Assembly: GCA_049790855.1 (NCBI GenBank)
Contig: JBAQZJ010000088.1
Coordinates: 1 to 58,858 of the forward strand
Length of the DNA: 58,858 nt
Reading direction: 5' to 3'
DNA from: Planctomycetaceae bacterium
GTDB lineage: Bacteria; Planctomycetota; Planctomycetia; Planctomycetales; Planctomycetaceae
Positions 28,670 through 36,645 of this stretch are shown here, one piece after another. The notes beneath the pieces were generated by a model that was given only the letters and a program-made list of their open reading frames with translations, made no database searches and had not been told where the DNA came from. The stretch's first letter is position 1, and every line of letters starts with the position of its first letter. Position numbers and translations under genes: made by a program.

Positions 28670-30178
28670 ATGTGGATCGACGGCGTGATCGTGACCTACG
28701 GCCTGCTCTGCGTCGTTCTGTTCGTGTTCCGCCTCGGATTCGCACACGTCCACTTTCGTCGTAGTCGTACTTCAGGCCGGCCGAAAGGTTTGACGAATGC
28801 GGCGATCTCCGTGATCTATCCGGTTTACAGGGAATCACCGGAAGTGCTCGAGACCGTGATGGAGCGTGCCTGTCGGTGTCTTGCATTACCAAACGTCGAG
28901 TTCGTCTTCGTGGACGACGGATCCCCCAATCGCGATGAACTGGAACCGATCTACCGACGTTTTCGGGCCAATCCGCGAATCCAGGTTCTGTACCAGGAGA
29001 ATCGAGGAAAACGTGAAGCTCAATATACCGGATTGGCGGTAGCGACCGGTGAGTACGTCGTTACCGTCGATTCGGACACGTTGATCGATCCTGAGGGACT
29101 TGCTTGTCTGACCGCCCCGTTTCAACGGGATGCTCGAATCGGAGCGGTATGCGGCGAAGTGTTGGTAGAAAATGCTTCACACAATTTGCTAACAAAAATG
29201 CAAGCCGTTCGATATTGGACGTCATTCAACGTCGAGCGTGCCGCCCAGAGCCTCTTTCGTTCCGTCCTGTGTTGCTGCGGTCCGTTTTCCGCCTACCGAG
29301 CGACCATCTTGCACGGAGTCAAAGACGCCTACGTCAATCAAAGCTTTTGCGGCCGACGATGCACGTACGGCGATGATCGTCATCTGACGAACCTTGTCCT
29401 CGCCGAAGGCAGCGAGGTCGTCTATCAGCCAGGGGCCGTCGCCTGGACGTTCGTCCCAACGACGTTAGGCGAGTACATTCGGCAACAGACGCGGTGGAAT
29501 AAGAGTTTCTATCGTGAGATTCTGTGGACGTTGAAGATCGCTGATCGCGTCCATCCTTATTCGTTGCTCGACATGCTCTTGCAGCCCCTACTGTTTCTCG
29601 CCTTCACGTTGTCGCTGAGCCACGCTCTTTATCTCGTCTGGATGGCCGCCGCTCCGGAATGGATTCTTTACTATTTGGCGATCCTGGTAACGATGGCTTT
29701 TGCCCGAGGGGCGTACGGCTTGTTTCGCACTCGCGATCCGAGATTCTTGCTGCTCGTCGCGTACGGCTTTTTGCATGTCTTCGTGCTGATCCCCGTCCGG
29801 TTCAAGTCGCTGTTGACGCTCACGGACAACAGATGGGGGACTCGGACGGCGGGACAGCTCCGAACTCCCGTGGATTTCTCCTTCTGGGCGGCCTGTTACG
29901 CCGCCCTGCTGCTGGCCAACGTCGCACTGCTGACGCTCTTCGAGCCGTCGTCCGTCGTCGAGTTAGATCGGTCCCAGACGTTATCAAAGGTCGTCCTCGA
30001 GGCTTGGAGAGCACATATCGCCGGCGCCGGGGCGATTGTCCTCACGACGCCCGCTCTGGTGGTCCTGCTCCGTTATCTTTCCAAACGGCGGCGCCCCGTG
30101 CCGAAGGTCGTGCATTCCTCACGTCGCAACTCGCATTCGACCACAGCCGTCCGGAATGGAAAGATACCCGGCGACTGA
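28670..30178 (+). CDS. Class I hyaluronan-synthase-like (HasA/NodC-type) processive family-2 glycosyltransferase
   Basis: Blocks colinear by eye with S. pyogenes HasA: VDDGSPN; VDSDT; FNVERAAQSLFRSVLCCCGPFSAYR (HasA FGVERAAQSL..ILVCSGPLSIYR); GDDRHLTN (GDDRCLTN); RQQTRWNKSFYRE (KQQNRWNKSFFRE); FLHVFVLIPVRFKSLLTLTDNRWGTR (ILHLFVLQPLKLYSLCTIKNTEWGTR). Confidence 0.8.
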   Translation: MWIDGVIVTYGLLCVVLFVFRLGFAHVHFRRSRTSGRPKGLTNAAISVIYPVYRESPEVLETVMERACRCLALPNVEFVFVDDGSPNRDELEPIYRRFRANPRIQVLYQENRGKREAQYTGLAVATGEYVVTVDSDTLIDPEGLACLTAPFQRDARIGAVCGEVLVENASHNLLTKMQAVRYWTSFNVERAAQSLFRSVLCCCGPFSAYRATILHGVKDAYVNQSFCGRRCTYGDDRHLTNLVLAEGSEVVYQPGAVAWTFVPTTLGEYIRQQTRWNKSFYREILWTLKIADRVHPYSLLDMLLQPLLFLAFTLSLSHALYLVWMAAAPEWILYYLAILVTMAFARGAYGLFRTRDPRFLLLVAYGFLHVFVLIPVRFKSLLTLTDNRWGTRTAGQLRTPVDFSFWAACYAALLLANVALLTLFEPSSVVELDRSQTLSKVVLEAWRAHIAGAGAIVLTTPALVVLLRYLSKRRRPVPKVVHSSRRNSHSTTAVRNGKIPGD

Positions 30179-30268
30179 TCTGACCGACGCGAACGACATT
30201 TTCGATTGGAGGAAGCGCACCATCGTATAAGAGACGTTGAGAGTGCCGGGCAACGCGATGGACGGCTT

Positions 30269-31966
30269 TCAATCGGTGGCCGCAGTTTCGCTCGTTGGCC
30301 ATTTGCCGAGCGGGCACTCGCTCGTCCGCCAGGCGGCCTTCTCCGCGAGATAGCAACCGCAAACGGTGCAGCGGTTCTCGCGGCGGTGTTCGCAAAGCGT
30401 GCAGATCGCCAGCCGGCGTTCTAGGGTCGCGGCATCGACCTTTGTCGCGCCGTCGGCGACGTGTTTCGCGACCGCCTGGGTGAAGTTTGCCGCCATCGTG
30501 ATCTTGCTCGGCAGTTGCGGCTTGTCGCGATCGTCGCGGCTGAGGACGGTCAGACCGCCGTCCTCCTGAGCGTGGGCGACGACCGACCACTCCGGCTGCT
30601 TGCGGAGGAACAGTCGCACGCCCGTCAGCCGGCCCGGACGTTGGGGCGAGTCGGCTTGATCGGTTCCCAGAACGACCAGAAGCCGCCTAGCTTTTTCGGC
30701 CGCGGTCGACAGTTGCTCCCGCAGCGCGGCACCGTCGGGATAGCCGCTGAGGACGATGAGATCGGCCTCGTACTTTGGCTCCGTCGCCGCCCCCGAGAGG
30801 AGCCGCAACCGCTCCTTGCCGTGTCGGTTGAAGGCTTCGAAGGCGTCCCGATCGTGGCGGGGCGAAAACGAGATCGTTTTCCCCGCGTGCAGTTCCGCCA
30901 GTGTCGCGGTCGCGGGCGAACCGGCCAGCGAATGCTCATAGACCACCCCCGCGTCGCCGATCCGCTCGATGAAGGGGCGGAGCCGTTCTGAATGGACCGC
31001 GAAATTATCAGACAACGTCTCTGATGGAACTGCGGCGGCTTTCCCCTGACAACCGCAATCGTCGGTATTCGTCACGGCGAGACTGGGAGTCGCGCGATGC
31101 GGCGGCAATGCGTCGCCGCGCTCGGCTGTCTTGGCGATCGCGTCGAACTTCTCGACTGGCATCAGCGTCGCAAAATGCTCCCGCACGGGCGCGAGATCCC
31201 AGCCGAGTTCGCCCCAGCCGACGCAGTAGTTCCAGGCTTTGTCCTCGACGGTGGCGACGTAGGGCGCTGCGCCCGGCACGAACTCGTTGAACCGATGCCA
31301 CCAGCGGAGCCAGGGCAGACAGAGGTTCTTCCCACCAGCCCGGCGGACCTTCTCGTGGAGATAGCCCTCCTCGCCGCCGAAGCCGACCATCCGCGAGTTG
31401 AAACCGGGGAAGGCGTCCTTCCGGCAGGCAAACAACCCGAGCCCCATCATCCCGATCTCGAACGCTTTTCCCTCGGGATCGAGACCGCGTTCGTCCGTCG
31501 CCCAGCGGCCCCACATTCCAGCCCCCCAGGCCGGCTCGAAGTGCGTCGCGATGCGGGCGTCCTTCCCATGCGCCGCGGTGAGGTCGTCCCAGACAATCGG
31601 TCCGGTCACGAGATCCCGCGACTCGGGATGCGCCTCGAACCAGTCGATCAGCCGGCCGACGACCCCCGGCGGCAGCAGGATGTGCGAGTCGAGACAGAGC
31701 ACCTGCTCGGACGCGGCCTGCTCGAAGATGTGCTGACGCGGGGCGGCCGTCCCCTGCGGCTCGGGAAACGACACGTACCGCACGCCGGTCTTCGCACAGA
31801 AGCGTTTGAGCCGCTCGCCGATCCGCGTCTCCGGCGTATTGTCGATGAGCAGCAGCTCGCACTGATCGATCACGTCGCGGTGATATAGCCGCAGCGCCTG
31901 CAGCGTAAACACCGGGCCGTCGAAGTCGCCGGCGGTCGCCATGCCGATCGTGAGTTTGGGAATCAT
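30269..31966 (-). CDS. Multidomain protein: N-terminal GT-A-like glycosyltransferase, unassigned middle region, C-terminal Cys-cluster (zinc-ribbon-like)
   Basis: GT-A-like start (LTIGMATAGDFDG...LLLIDNTPE...CLDSH). C-terminus CTLCEHRRENRCTVCGC...ECPLGKW. ATGA overlap with the upstream gene at 31963-31966. Confidence 0.6.
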   Translation of the reverse strand: MIPKLTIGMATAGDFDGPVFTLQALRLYHRDVIDQCELLLIDNTPETRIGERLKRFCAKTGVRYVSFPEPQGTAAPRQHIFEQAASEQVLCLDSHILLPPGVVGRLIDWFEAHPESRDLVTGPIVWDDLTAAHGKDARIATHFEPAWGAGMWGRWATDERGLDPEGKAFEIGMMGLGLFACRKDAFPGFNSRMVGFGGEEGYLHEKVRRAGGKNLCLPWLRWWHRFNEFVPGAAPYVATVEDKAWNYCVGWGELGWDLAPVREHFATLMPVEKFDAIAKTAERGDALPPHRATPSLAVTNTDDCGCQGKAAAVPSETLSDNFAVHSERLRPFIERIGDAGVVYEHSLAGSPATATLAELHAGKTISFSPRHDRDAFEAFNRHGKERLRLLSGAATEPKYEADLIVLSGYPDGAALREQLSTAAEKARRLLVVLGTDQADSPQRPGRLTGVRLFLRKQPEWSVVAHAQEDGGLTVLSRDDRDKPQLPSKITMAANFTQAVAKHVADGATKVDAATLERRLAICTLCEHRRENRCTVCGCYLAEKAAWRTSECPLGKWPTSETAATD

Positions 31967-33873
31967 GGGAGACGGGATTTGCGATGGGGGATGCGAGTCG
32001 GGACAAGGGACAAATGACCGCGGGCGGTGGCAGCGGATCGGGTAATTGCCGGTGCGGGCGGTGCGGCCGAGGACGGCGCGTCGGAGATCAGCCGCGCGAC
32101 GAGTTCTTCAAACTCGACGGTCATCCGCTGCATGCTGAGTTCGTTGAGAACCAGTTCGCGGGCGAGGTCGGTACAAAGGGGATTCGGCAAGACGGCCCGT
32201 TCGATCGCCGTCGCGACATCCACCGGAGTGGGATCGAGCGGCATTCGTTCGACGAGCGGGCCGTAGCGCGGTTCGAGTTCCTGGATCAGGCCGACGGGTG
32301 TCGAGGCAACGGACAGACCTGCTGCCCAGGCTTCGAGCGTCACCGTCGGCATGCCCTCCTCGTGACTGGCGACGACGAGGCAATCGAGACCGCGATAGAT
32401 GTCGCCCATCGGCTGCATCGCGGAACTCGTCCAGACGACGCGGACACCCAGTGCCGCGGCGATCTCCTGCCGGAGCGGATGTTGTTCATCCGCGGCCTGC
32501 GGTGAGCAGACGACGAGTTTTGCGTTCGGAAGGTGGGCGACGCCGCGGGCGATAATGACCGGATTCTTCTCGGCGCTGAGCCGGCCGACGTAGCCGACGG
32601 CCCGTTCTCCGGCCGTGATCCCCCAATCCCGGCGGATCTCCTCCCGCTCGCGGATCGCGACGGCCGCGCCGAGATCGGCCCCGCCGCGGATCAGCCGGGC
32701 CTTGTGCCGTTGCCGGACAGGAACGGTTCGCACGGCCCCGTGCGAGACGCAGACGAGGACGTCGACCTGCTCAGCGATCTGAGCGACGGCATTCCGCGTC
32801 CATTCCCCTTCGCCGTGAACGCCGTAGAGGATCGGTGCCTTCGTCAACTGCCGGATCGCCGCGACCTTGTGCGGCAGACCCCAGACGTAAACCGCATCGA
32901 CGCTTTGGCAGAGCCGATCGAGACCCTCTTCACCCGCTTCGAGCGGCGGCAGCCGGGCCAGGATTTCGGTGTTCCGCGGGGCTTCCTCCGGCACCCAGGC
33001 GGCAACCCAGTCGAGCCGCCGGGCATGGCGGATCTGGGCTACGATCTGTGTTTCCGCACCGCCCATGCCGGCGCTCGGACTCACGTACCCGATCCGCAGC
33101 GGCCGGCCGGGATCAGGAACGAGCCGCCGTTCCGCCTGCGAGGTCGCATCCTCGTCGTAGAGCCGCGAGAGCGTCCGATTTTTGCCGTGCCGGCGATGGA
33201 AATGCGTGATCGGGACGGCGGGATTCGCGATCCGCCAGCCGGCCCGCACGATCCGTTTCCAGCATTCCCAGTCCTCGGAAGCGACGCCGACCAGTGAAAA
33301 ATCCTCGAAGCAGCCTGACGCCTCGATGGCCGCTCGCCGCACGAGCGCCGCGCTCGTCACGCAGTTCTGGATCTCGACGTCGCCGGGACCGGCCGGAATG
33401 AAATCGCTGTCGGTGCCGAACCGCTGGATGTCGCCGCTGACGATGCCGACGCCAGGATCAGCGAACGCTGCGAGTCCGTCTTCGAGAGAGTTCGCGGAGA
33501 GGCGGTCGTCGGCATCGAGGAAGGCGAGGAACTCCGAGCGGGTCGATCGCAGCCCGAGCCGCCGCGACAGATGCGGATCGCAGGCATTGGTCGAGAGGAC
33601 TTCGACGGGATAACGGCAGGCGACTTCGTGCGATTCGTCGGAGCAATGGTCGAGGACGACGAGAATCGCGGTCGCCGGCAGCGACTGCGCCAGGACCGAT
33701 TCGAGGCAGTCGGCCAGGAACCGGCCGTAGTTGTGGCAGATGATTACAACGGCACAGGTATTGGGAGGCGAGGGATCGGGGGAGACGGGGGATCGGGGGA
33801 CGGAATCCGATCGCGAGATCTCCCGTCTCCCGCGCCTCTCCCGATCCCCCGTCTCTCGTGGTTCTTCAGGCAT
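31963..33873 (-). CDS. Bifunctional glycosyltransferase (GT2 GT-A domain + GT1/GT4 GT-B domain)
   Basis: GT2 part: CAVVIICHNYGRFL...FLDADD. GT-B part: GRLSAEKNP...ASHEEGMPTVTLEAWAAG (EX7E-like). The ATG at 33873 lies 3 nt after the stop of the tail-tip gene. The first ~37 codons are encoded by a heptamer-array hairpin. Confidence 0.75.
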   Translation of the reverse strand: MPEEPRETGDRERRGRREISRSDSVPRSPVSPDPSPPNTCAVVIICHNYGRFLADCLESVLAQSLPATAILVVLDHCSDESHEVACRYPVEVLSTNACDPHLSRRLGLRSTRSEFLAFLDADDRLSANSLEDGLAAFADPGVGIVSGDIQRFGTDSDFIPAGPGDVEIQNCVTSAALVRRAAIEASGCFEDFSLVGVASEDWECWKRIVRAGWRIANPAVPITHFHRRHGKNRTLSRLYDEDATSQAERRLVPDPGRPLRIGYVSPSAGMGGAETQIVAQIRHARRLDWVAAWVPEEAPRNTEILARLPPLEAGEEGLDRLCQSVDAVYVWGLPHKVAAIRQLTKAPILYGVHGEGEWTRNAVAQIAEQVDVLVCVSHGAVRTVPVRQRHKARLIRGGADLGAAVAIREREEIRRDWGITAGERAVGYVGRLSAEKNPVIIARGVAHLPNAKLVVCSPQAADEQHPLRQEIAAALGVRVVWTSSAMQPMGDIYRGLDCLVVASHEEGMPTVTLEAWAAGLSVASTPVGLIQELEPRYGPLVERMPLDPTPVDVATAIERAVLPNPLCTDLARELVLNELSMQRMTVEFEELVARLISDAPSSAAPPAPAITRSAATARGHLSLVPTRIPHRKSRLP

Positions 33874-33876
33874 GGT

Positions 33877-35751
33877 TCACCCCGCGGGCGGTGTCGTGGT
33901 CGAGGGATCGCTGCCGCCCTGGCAGCATTTGCAGCCGGTCGTGTCGTCGGCGAACCATTCGGCGGTCGCGGCGATATAGGGCGGCGTGCTGCACTGGCAG
34001 TCGTTGTTGGTCACCCAGTGAAAATTCCGGGCGCAGGGGAAATAGCCGTCGTAGGAAAAGGCGTTGCAGTTCGGCAGCTTCGAGCGATCGCAGCGGGCCG
34101 TCACCGAGTAAAAGTCTCCGCAGCGGAGCACGCCGCTGTAGAACCACTCGTCCTTGTCGCCGACGCGGGTGAAGGTGATCGGCTCATCGAACGAGCAGGT
34201 GCCGATGCCGATGAAGCGGGTTTCCCAGACATCGGGCAGATCACAGCAGTTCGCCGTGGTCGTCGTCGTGGTGGTCGTCGTCGTGGTCGTCGGTGTCGGC
34301 GGCGGCGAACCGCAGCAGGTCCGGGCGACGCCGCCGGCGGTTCCCGGTCCGCCGGGCGGCGGACAGAGACAATCCTCCTGGCATTCGGACGACTCGAACG
34401 CCCAGTCACTGCCGGTCCAGCTCCATTGGCAGCCGCCCTGGCAGGGATTGGCGACGCAGACGCCGCGGGCCAGCGGCGAGGGGCAGAAGTCCGAGCCGGG
34501 CTGTTCCGAGCCGGCATGCTCACAGCGGCAACCCGGTTTGCAGCCTTCGCCGACCCAGGTGCCGGAGTCGTAGTTGTAATAAGCCCGGCATTCGCCGCCG
34601 CAGTCGGCGCTGCCGGGACCGTAGCGCGGCCGGCAGAACGTCGTCGTCTCCTCGCAGGGCAGGCCGCGAAAGCCGGGTTCCGAGCATTGACAGCAGGCGT
34701 TTTCGCAGTCGCTCGCCAGCAAAATCCAGGCCCGGCTCGAATCGTTGGCATAGACCCAGCGACATTTGCCGCCGCCGCAGGACTCCCCGACACACTCCGG
34801 CGGCATCGTCGTCGGTGACCCGCACTCGGTGCTGCTGCCGGGCGGAGCGCTGCCGCAGGGCGTGAGCGTCGATTCGCCGGTTGATCCGGCGAGTCCCGTC
34901 GCGGGTGGTTCGCAGGGGCAGGAGTCCGGACAGGGATTCTCGTCGAGGGCCCAGGCGAGGCCGTCCCAGATCCAGCGGCAGGAAGCCCCGCAGCCCTGAT
35001 CCCGCTGCGCCGGCTCGCAGCAACTGCGGACCCATTCGCCGACGGCCGCCTGCTCGGGCGTCGGCGGCGTCTCGGGTTCGGCGCAGGCACAATCCTCGGC
35101 GCAGCTTTCCTCGGCGACGACCCATTCCGTCTCCGTCTCGCTGCCGGGGACGAACCGGGCCTCGAAGGCGCAGGAACCGTCCTCCTCGGGACAAGGATCA
35201 CAGTCGCTCTCCGCATCGGGATCTGCGATCCGCACGACCGCCCATTTGACGCCGGTGCCCGATTCCTTCCAGAGGAGGACCGCCGAACCCTTCGTGGTCG
35301 ACCGAAGGTGCTGCGTCTGACCGCCGGCAACCTCGGCGAAGCCGTGACACTCCTCTTTGACGTCGACCTTTGCGATCGCGACGCCGGCGACGACGGCACT
35401 GCCGATCGCTCCCTGCCGCAGCGGTTCGAGCAGGATCGCGTAGCGGCCGGCATGCTCGTCGGCCTTCGGCTCGACGCCGACGAGCATCGGCTCGTTGCGA
35501 AAGGCGTCGAGCCGGTCGTCGGGCGTGAAGATCGGCTTGTCGATCCCAAGAACGGCGAAACGCTCCTGATCGGCGTCGCTGCCGTTCTTGAGGCGGACGA
35601 TGCCAGTCTGCCGAAAGACCCGGTGCGTCTCCTGTGTCCGCGACTGCCGCCGAGACTGCAGGTCGCCGGCCGCATCGAGGAACGCATTGAACGCCTCGGC
35701 GGGAATCGCGAGTGGCTGCCCCCGTTGCACTTTCTTAAATGCATCCGCCAT
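33877..35751 (-). CDS. Cys-rich repeat tail-tip / putative receptor-binding protein
   Basis: Last gene of the tail module. Five copies of a C-x3/4-C-[RQ]-[WA]-x-[WY]...W...C-x3-C-x-C-x-P module, a T12 run, and a Cys-rich C-terminal domain. Confidence 0.6.
   Translation of the reverse strand: MADAFKKVQRGQPLAIPAEAFNAFLDAAGDLQSRRQSRTQETHRVFRQTGIVRLKNGSDADQERFAVLGIDKPIFTPDDRLDAFRNEPMLVGVEPKADEHAGRYAILLEPLRQGAIGSAVVAGVAIAKVDVKEECHGFAEVAGGQTQHLRSTTKGSAVLLWKESGTGVKWAVVRIADPDAESDCDPCPEEDGSCAFEARFVPGSETETEWVVAEESCAEDCACAEPETPPTPEQAAVGEWVRSCCEPAQRDQGCGASCRWIWDGLAWALDENPCPDSCPCEPPATGLAGSTGESTLTPCGSAPPGSSTECGSPTTMPPECVGESCGGGKCRWVYANDSSRAWILLASDCENACCQCSEPGFRGLPCEETTTFCRPRYGPGSADCGGECRAYYNYDSGTWVGEGCKPGCRCEHAGSEQPGSDFCPSPLARGVCVANPCQGGCQWSWTGSDWAFESSECQEDCLCPPPGGPGTAGGVARTCCGSPPPTPTTTTTTTTTTTTANCCDLPDVWETRFIGIGTCSFDEPITFTRVGDKDEWFYSGVLRCGDFYSVTARCDRSKLPNCNAFSYDGYFPCARNFHWVTNNDCQCSTPPYIAATAEWFADDTTGCKCCQGGSDPSTTTPPAG
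34341..35181 (-). repeat. Five tandem ~35-45-aa Cys-rich protein modules (coordinates approximate)
   Basis: GSCAFEARF..EWVVAEESCAEDCACAEP; CGASCRWIWDGLAWALDENPCPDSCPCEPP; CGGGKCRWVYANDSSRAWILLASDCENACCQCSEP; CGGECRAYYNYDSGTWVGEGCKPGCRCEH; CQGGCQWSWTGSDWAFESSECQEDCLCPPP. Confidence 0.7.
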
Positions 35752-35754
35752 GCC

Positions 35755-36546
35755 TCAGACTCCGATTCCGAGCGTGGCGAAGTTCCCCCAGGGATAAACC
35801 CGCTCGACGTAGGCGGCGACAGGGCGTTTCACGAGCGCCTTGGCCGTTTCGTCTTCGGCGTCTTCGTAGCGGACCCAGAGATAATCCCAGCCGGCTTTCG
35901 TGATGCCGCTGATGTCGCCGACGGAGAGGTCTGCGGCATTGGGGCTGGCGGCGAATTTGAAACTGATCTCCCAGTCCTCGCTGCCGCGTTTTGATCCCGA
36001 GGCACCGAGAAATAGCACTTCGCCCGCGGAAAACCCTTTGAAGGGGGCGTTGTTGGCACTGCCGGTCAGGAAGAACAGGGCCGCCTTGTAGGCGGGCGTG
36101 ACGACGGCATTGGCGAGGTAGTGCGTCTCGGAGAAGTGATAGACCGGGACCGTGACGTCGATCCCCTCGACGGCATCGGAGGTGACGCCGATCGCGCCGC
36201 GGAAGTCGGGCGCGGTGCGGTCCGGCGGGGCATACGAACCGACCGTGGAGAGCGACTGGGTGAGATGCTGACTGCCGCCGCCAGTGTCGAACGAGAAGGA
36301 GGAATCCCCCGTCGAACGGATCTGCCCGTAGCGGACGGTCCCTTCCCAGGCGTCTTCGGCGATCCGGGCCGTATGCGCGGACTGGCGGATCAGCCCGCCG
36401 TAGAGGATCGGTGCCGCGGCGAGCAGGGAGCTGTTGGCCGTGGCATCATCGTCGGTGCCGCGGATGACGTACCGGAGCTCGACCGACGAATCATCGCTGA
36501 TCGTCGTCTCGCGACTGTCCCAGGCTTCGGCGACGGAAATCGGCAT
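35755..36546 (-). CDS. Phage tail protein (distal-tail-protein position)
   Basis: Immediately downstream of the tape measure gene. Start taken at MPISVAEAW (ATG 36546), preceded by the CCCACAT leader. No family recognised. Confidence 0.55.
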   Translation of the reverse strand: MPISVAEAWDSRETTISDDSSVELRYVIRGTDDDATANSSLLAAAPILYGGLIRQSAHTARIAEDAWEGTVRYGQIRSTGDSSFSFDTGGGSQHLTQSLSTVGSYAPPDRTAPDFRGAIGVTSDAVEGIDVTVPVYHFSETHYLANAVVTPAYKAALFFLTGSANNAPFKGFSAGEVLFLGASGSKRGSEDWEISFKFAASPNAADLSVGDISGITKAGWDYLWVRYEDAEDETAKALVKRPVAAYVERVYPWGNFATLGIGV

Positions 36547-36645
36547 GGGATGTAGGAGGTGGGATGTGGGATGTGGTGAGACGAGGGACGAGGGACGATC
36601 TGTTCTGAAACCGTTCCTCAACCCTCGTCCCTCAATTCTCGTCCG
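36547..36645 (-). repeat. Composite intergenic element: heptamer-array hairpin plus G-free CCCACAT leader
   Basis: Minus strand after the TMP stop: arms built of GACGAGG/GAGGGAC heptamers (36578-36598 versus 36617-36645), then ACCACATCCCACATCCCACCTCCTACATCCC directly abutting the ATG at 36546. Confidence 0.8.

Noticed and set aside
34101-35744. 547-aa minus-strand ORF overlapping the tail-tip gene
   Set aside because: It is an alternative frame with a Arg/Ser/Pro/Ala-rich (RSPA-type) low-complexity translation. The 624-aa frame carries the structured Cys-repeat architecture.
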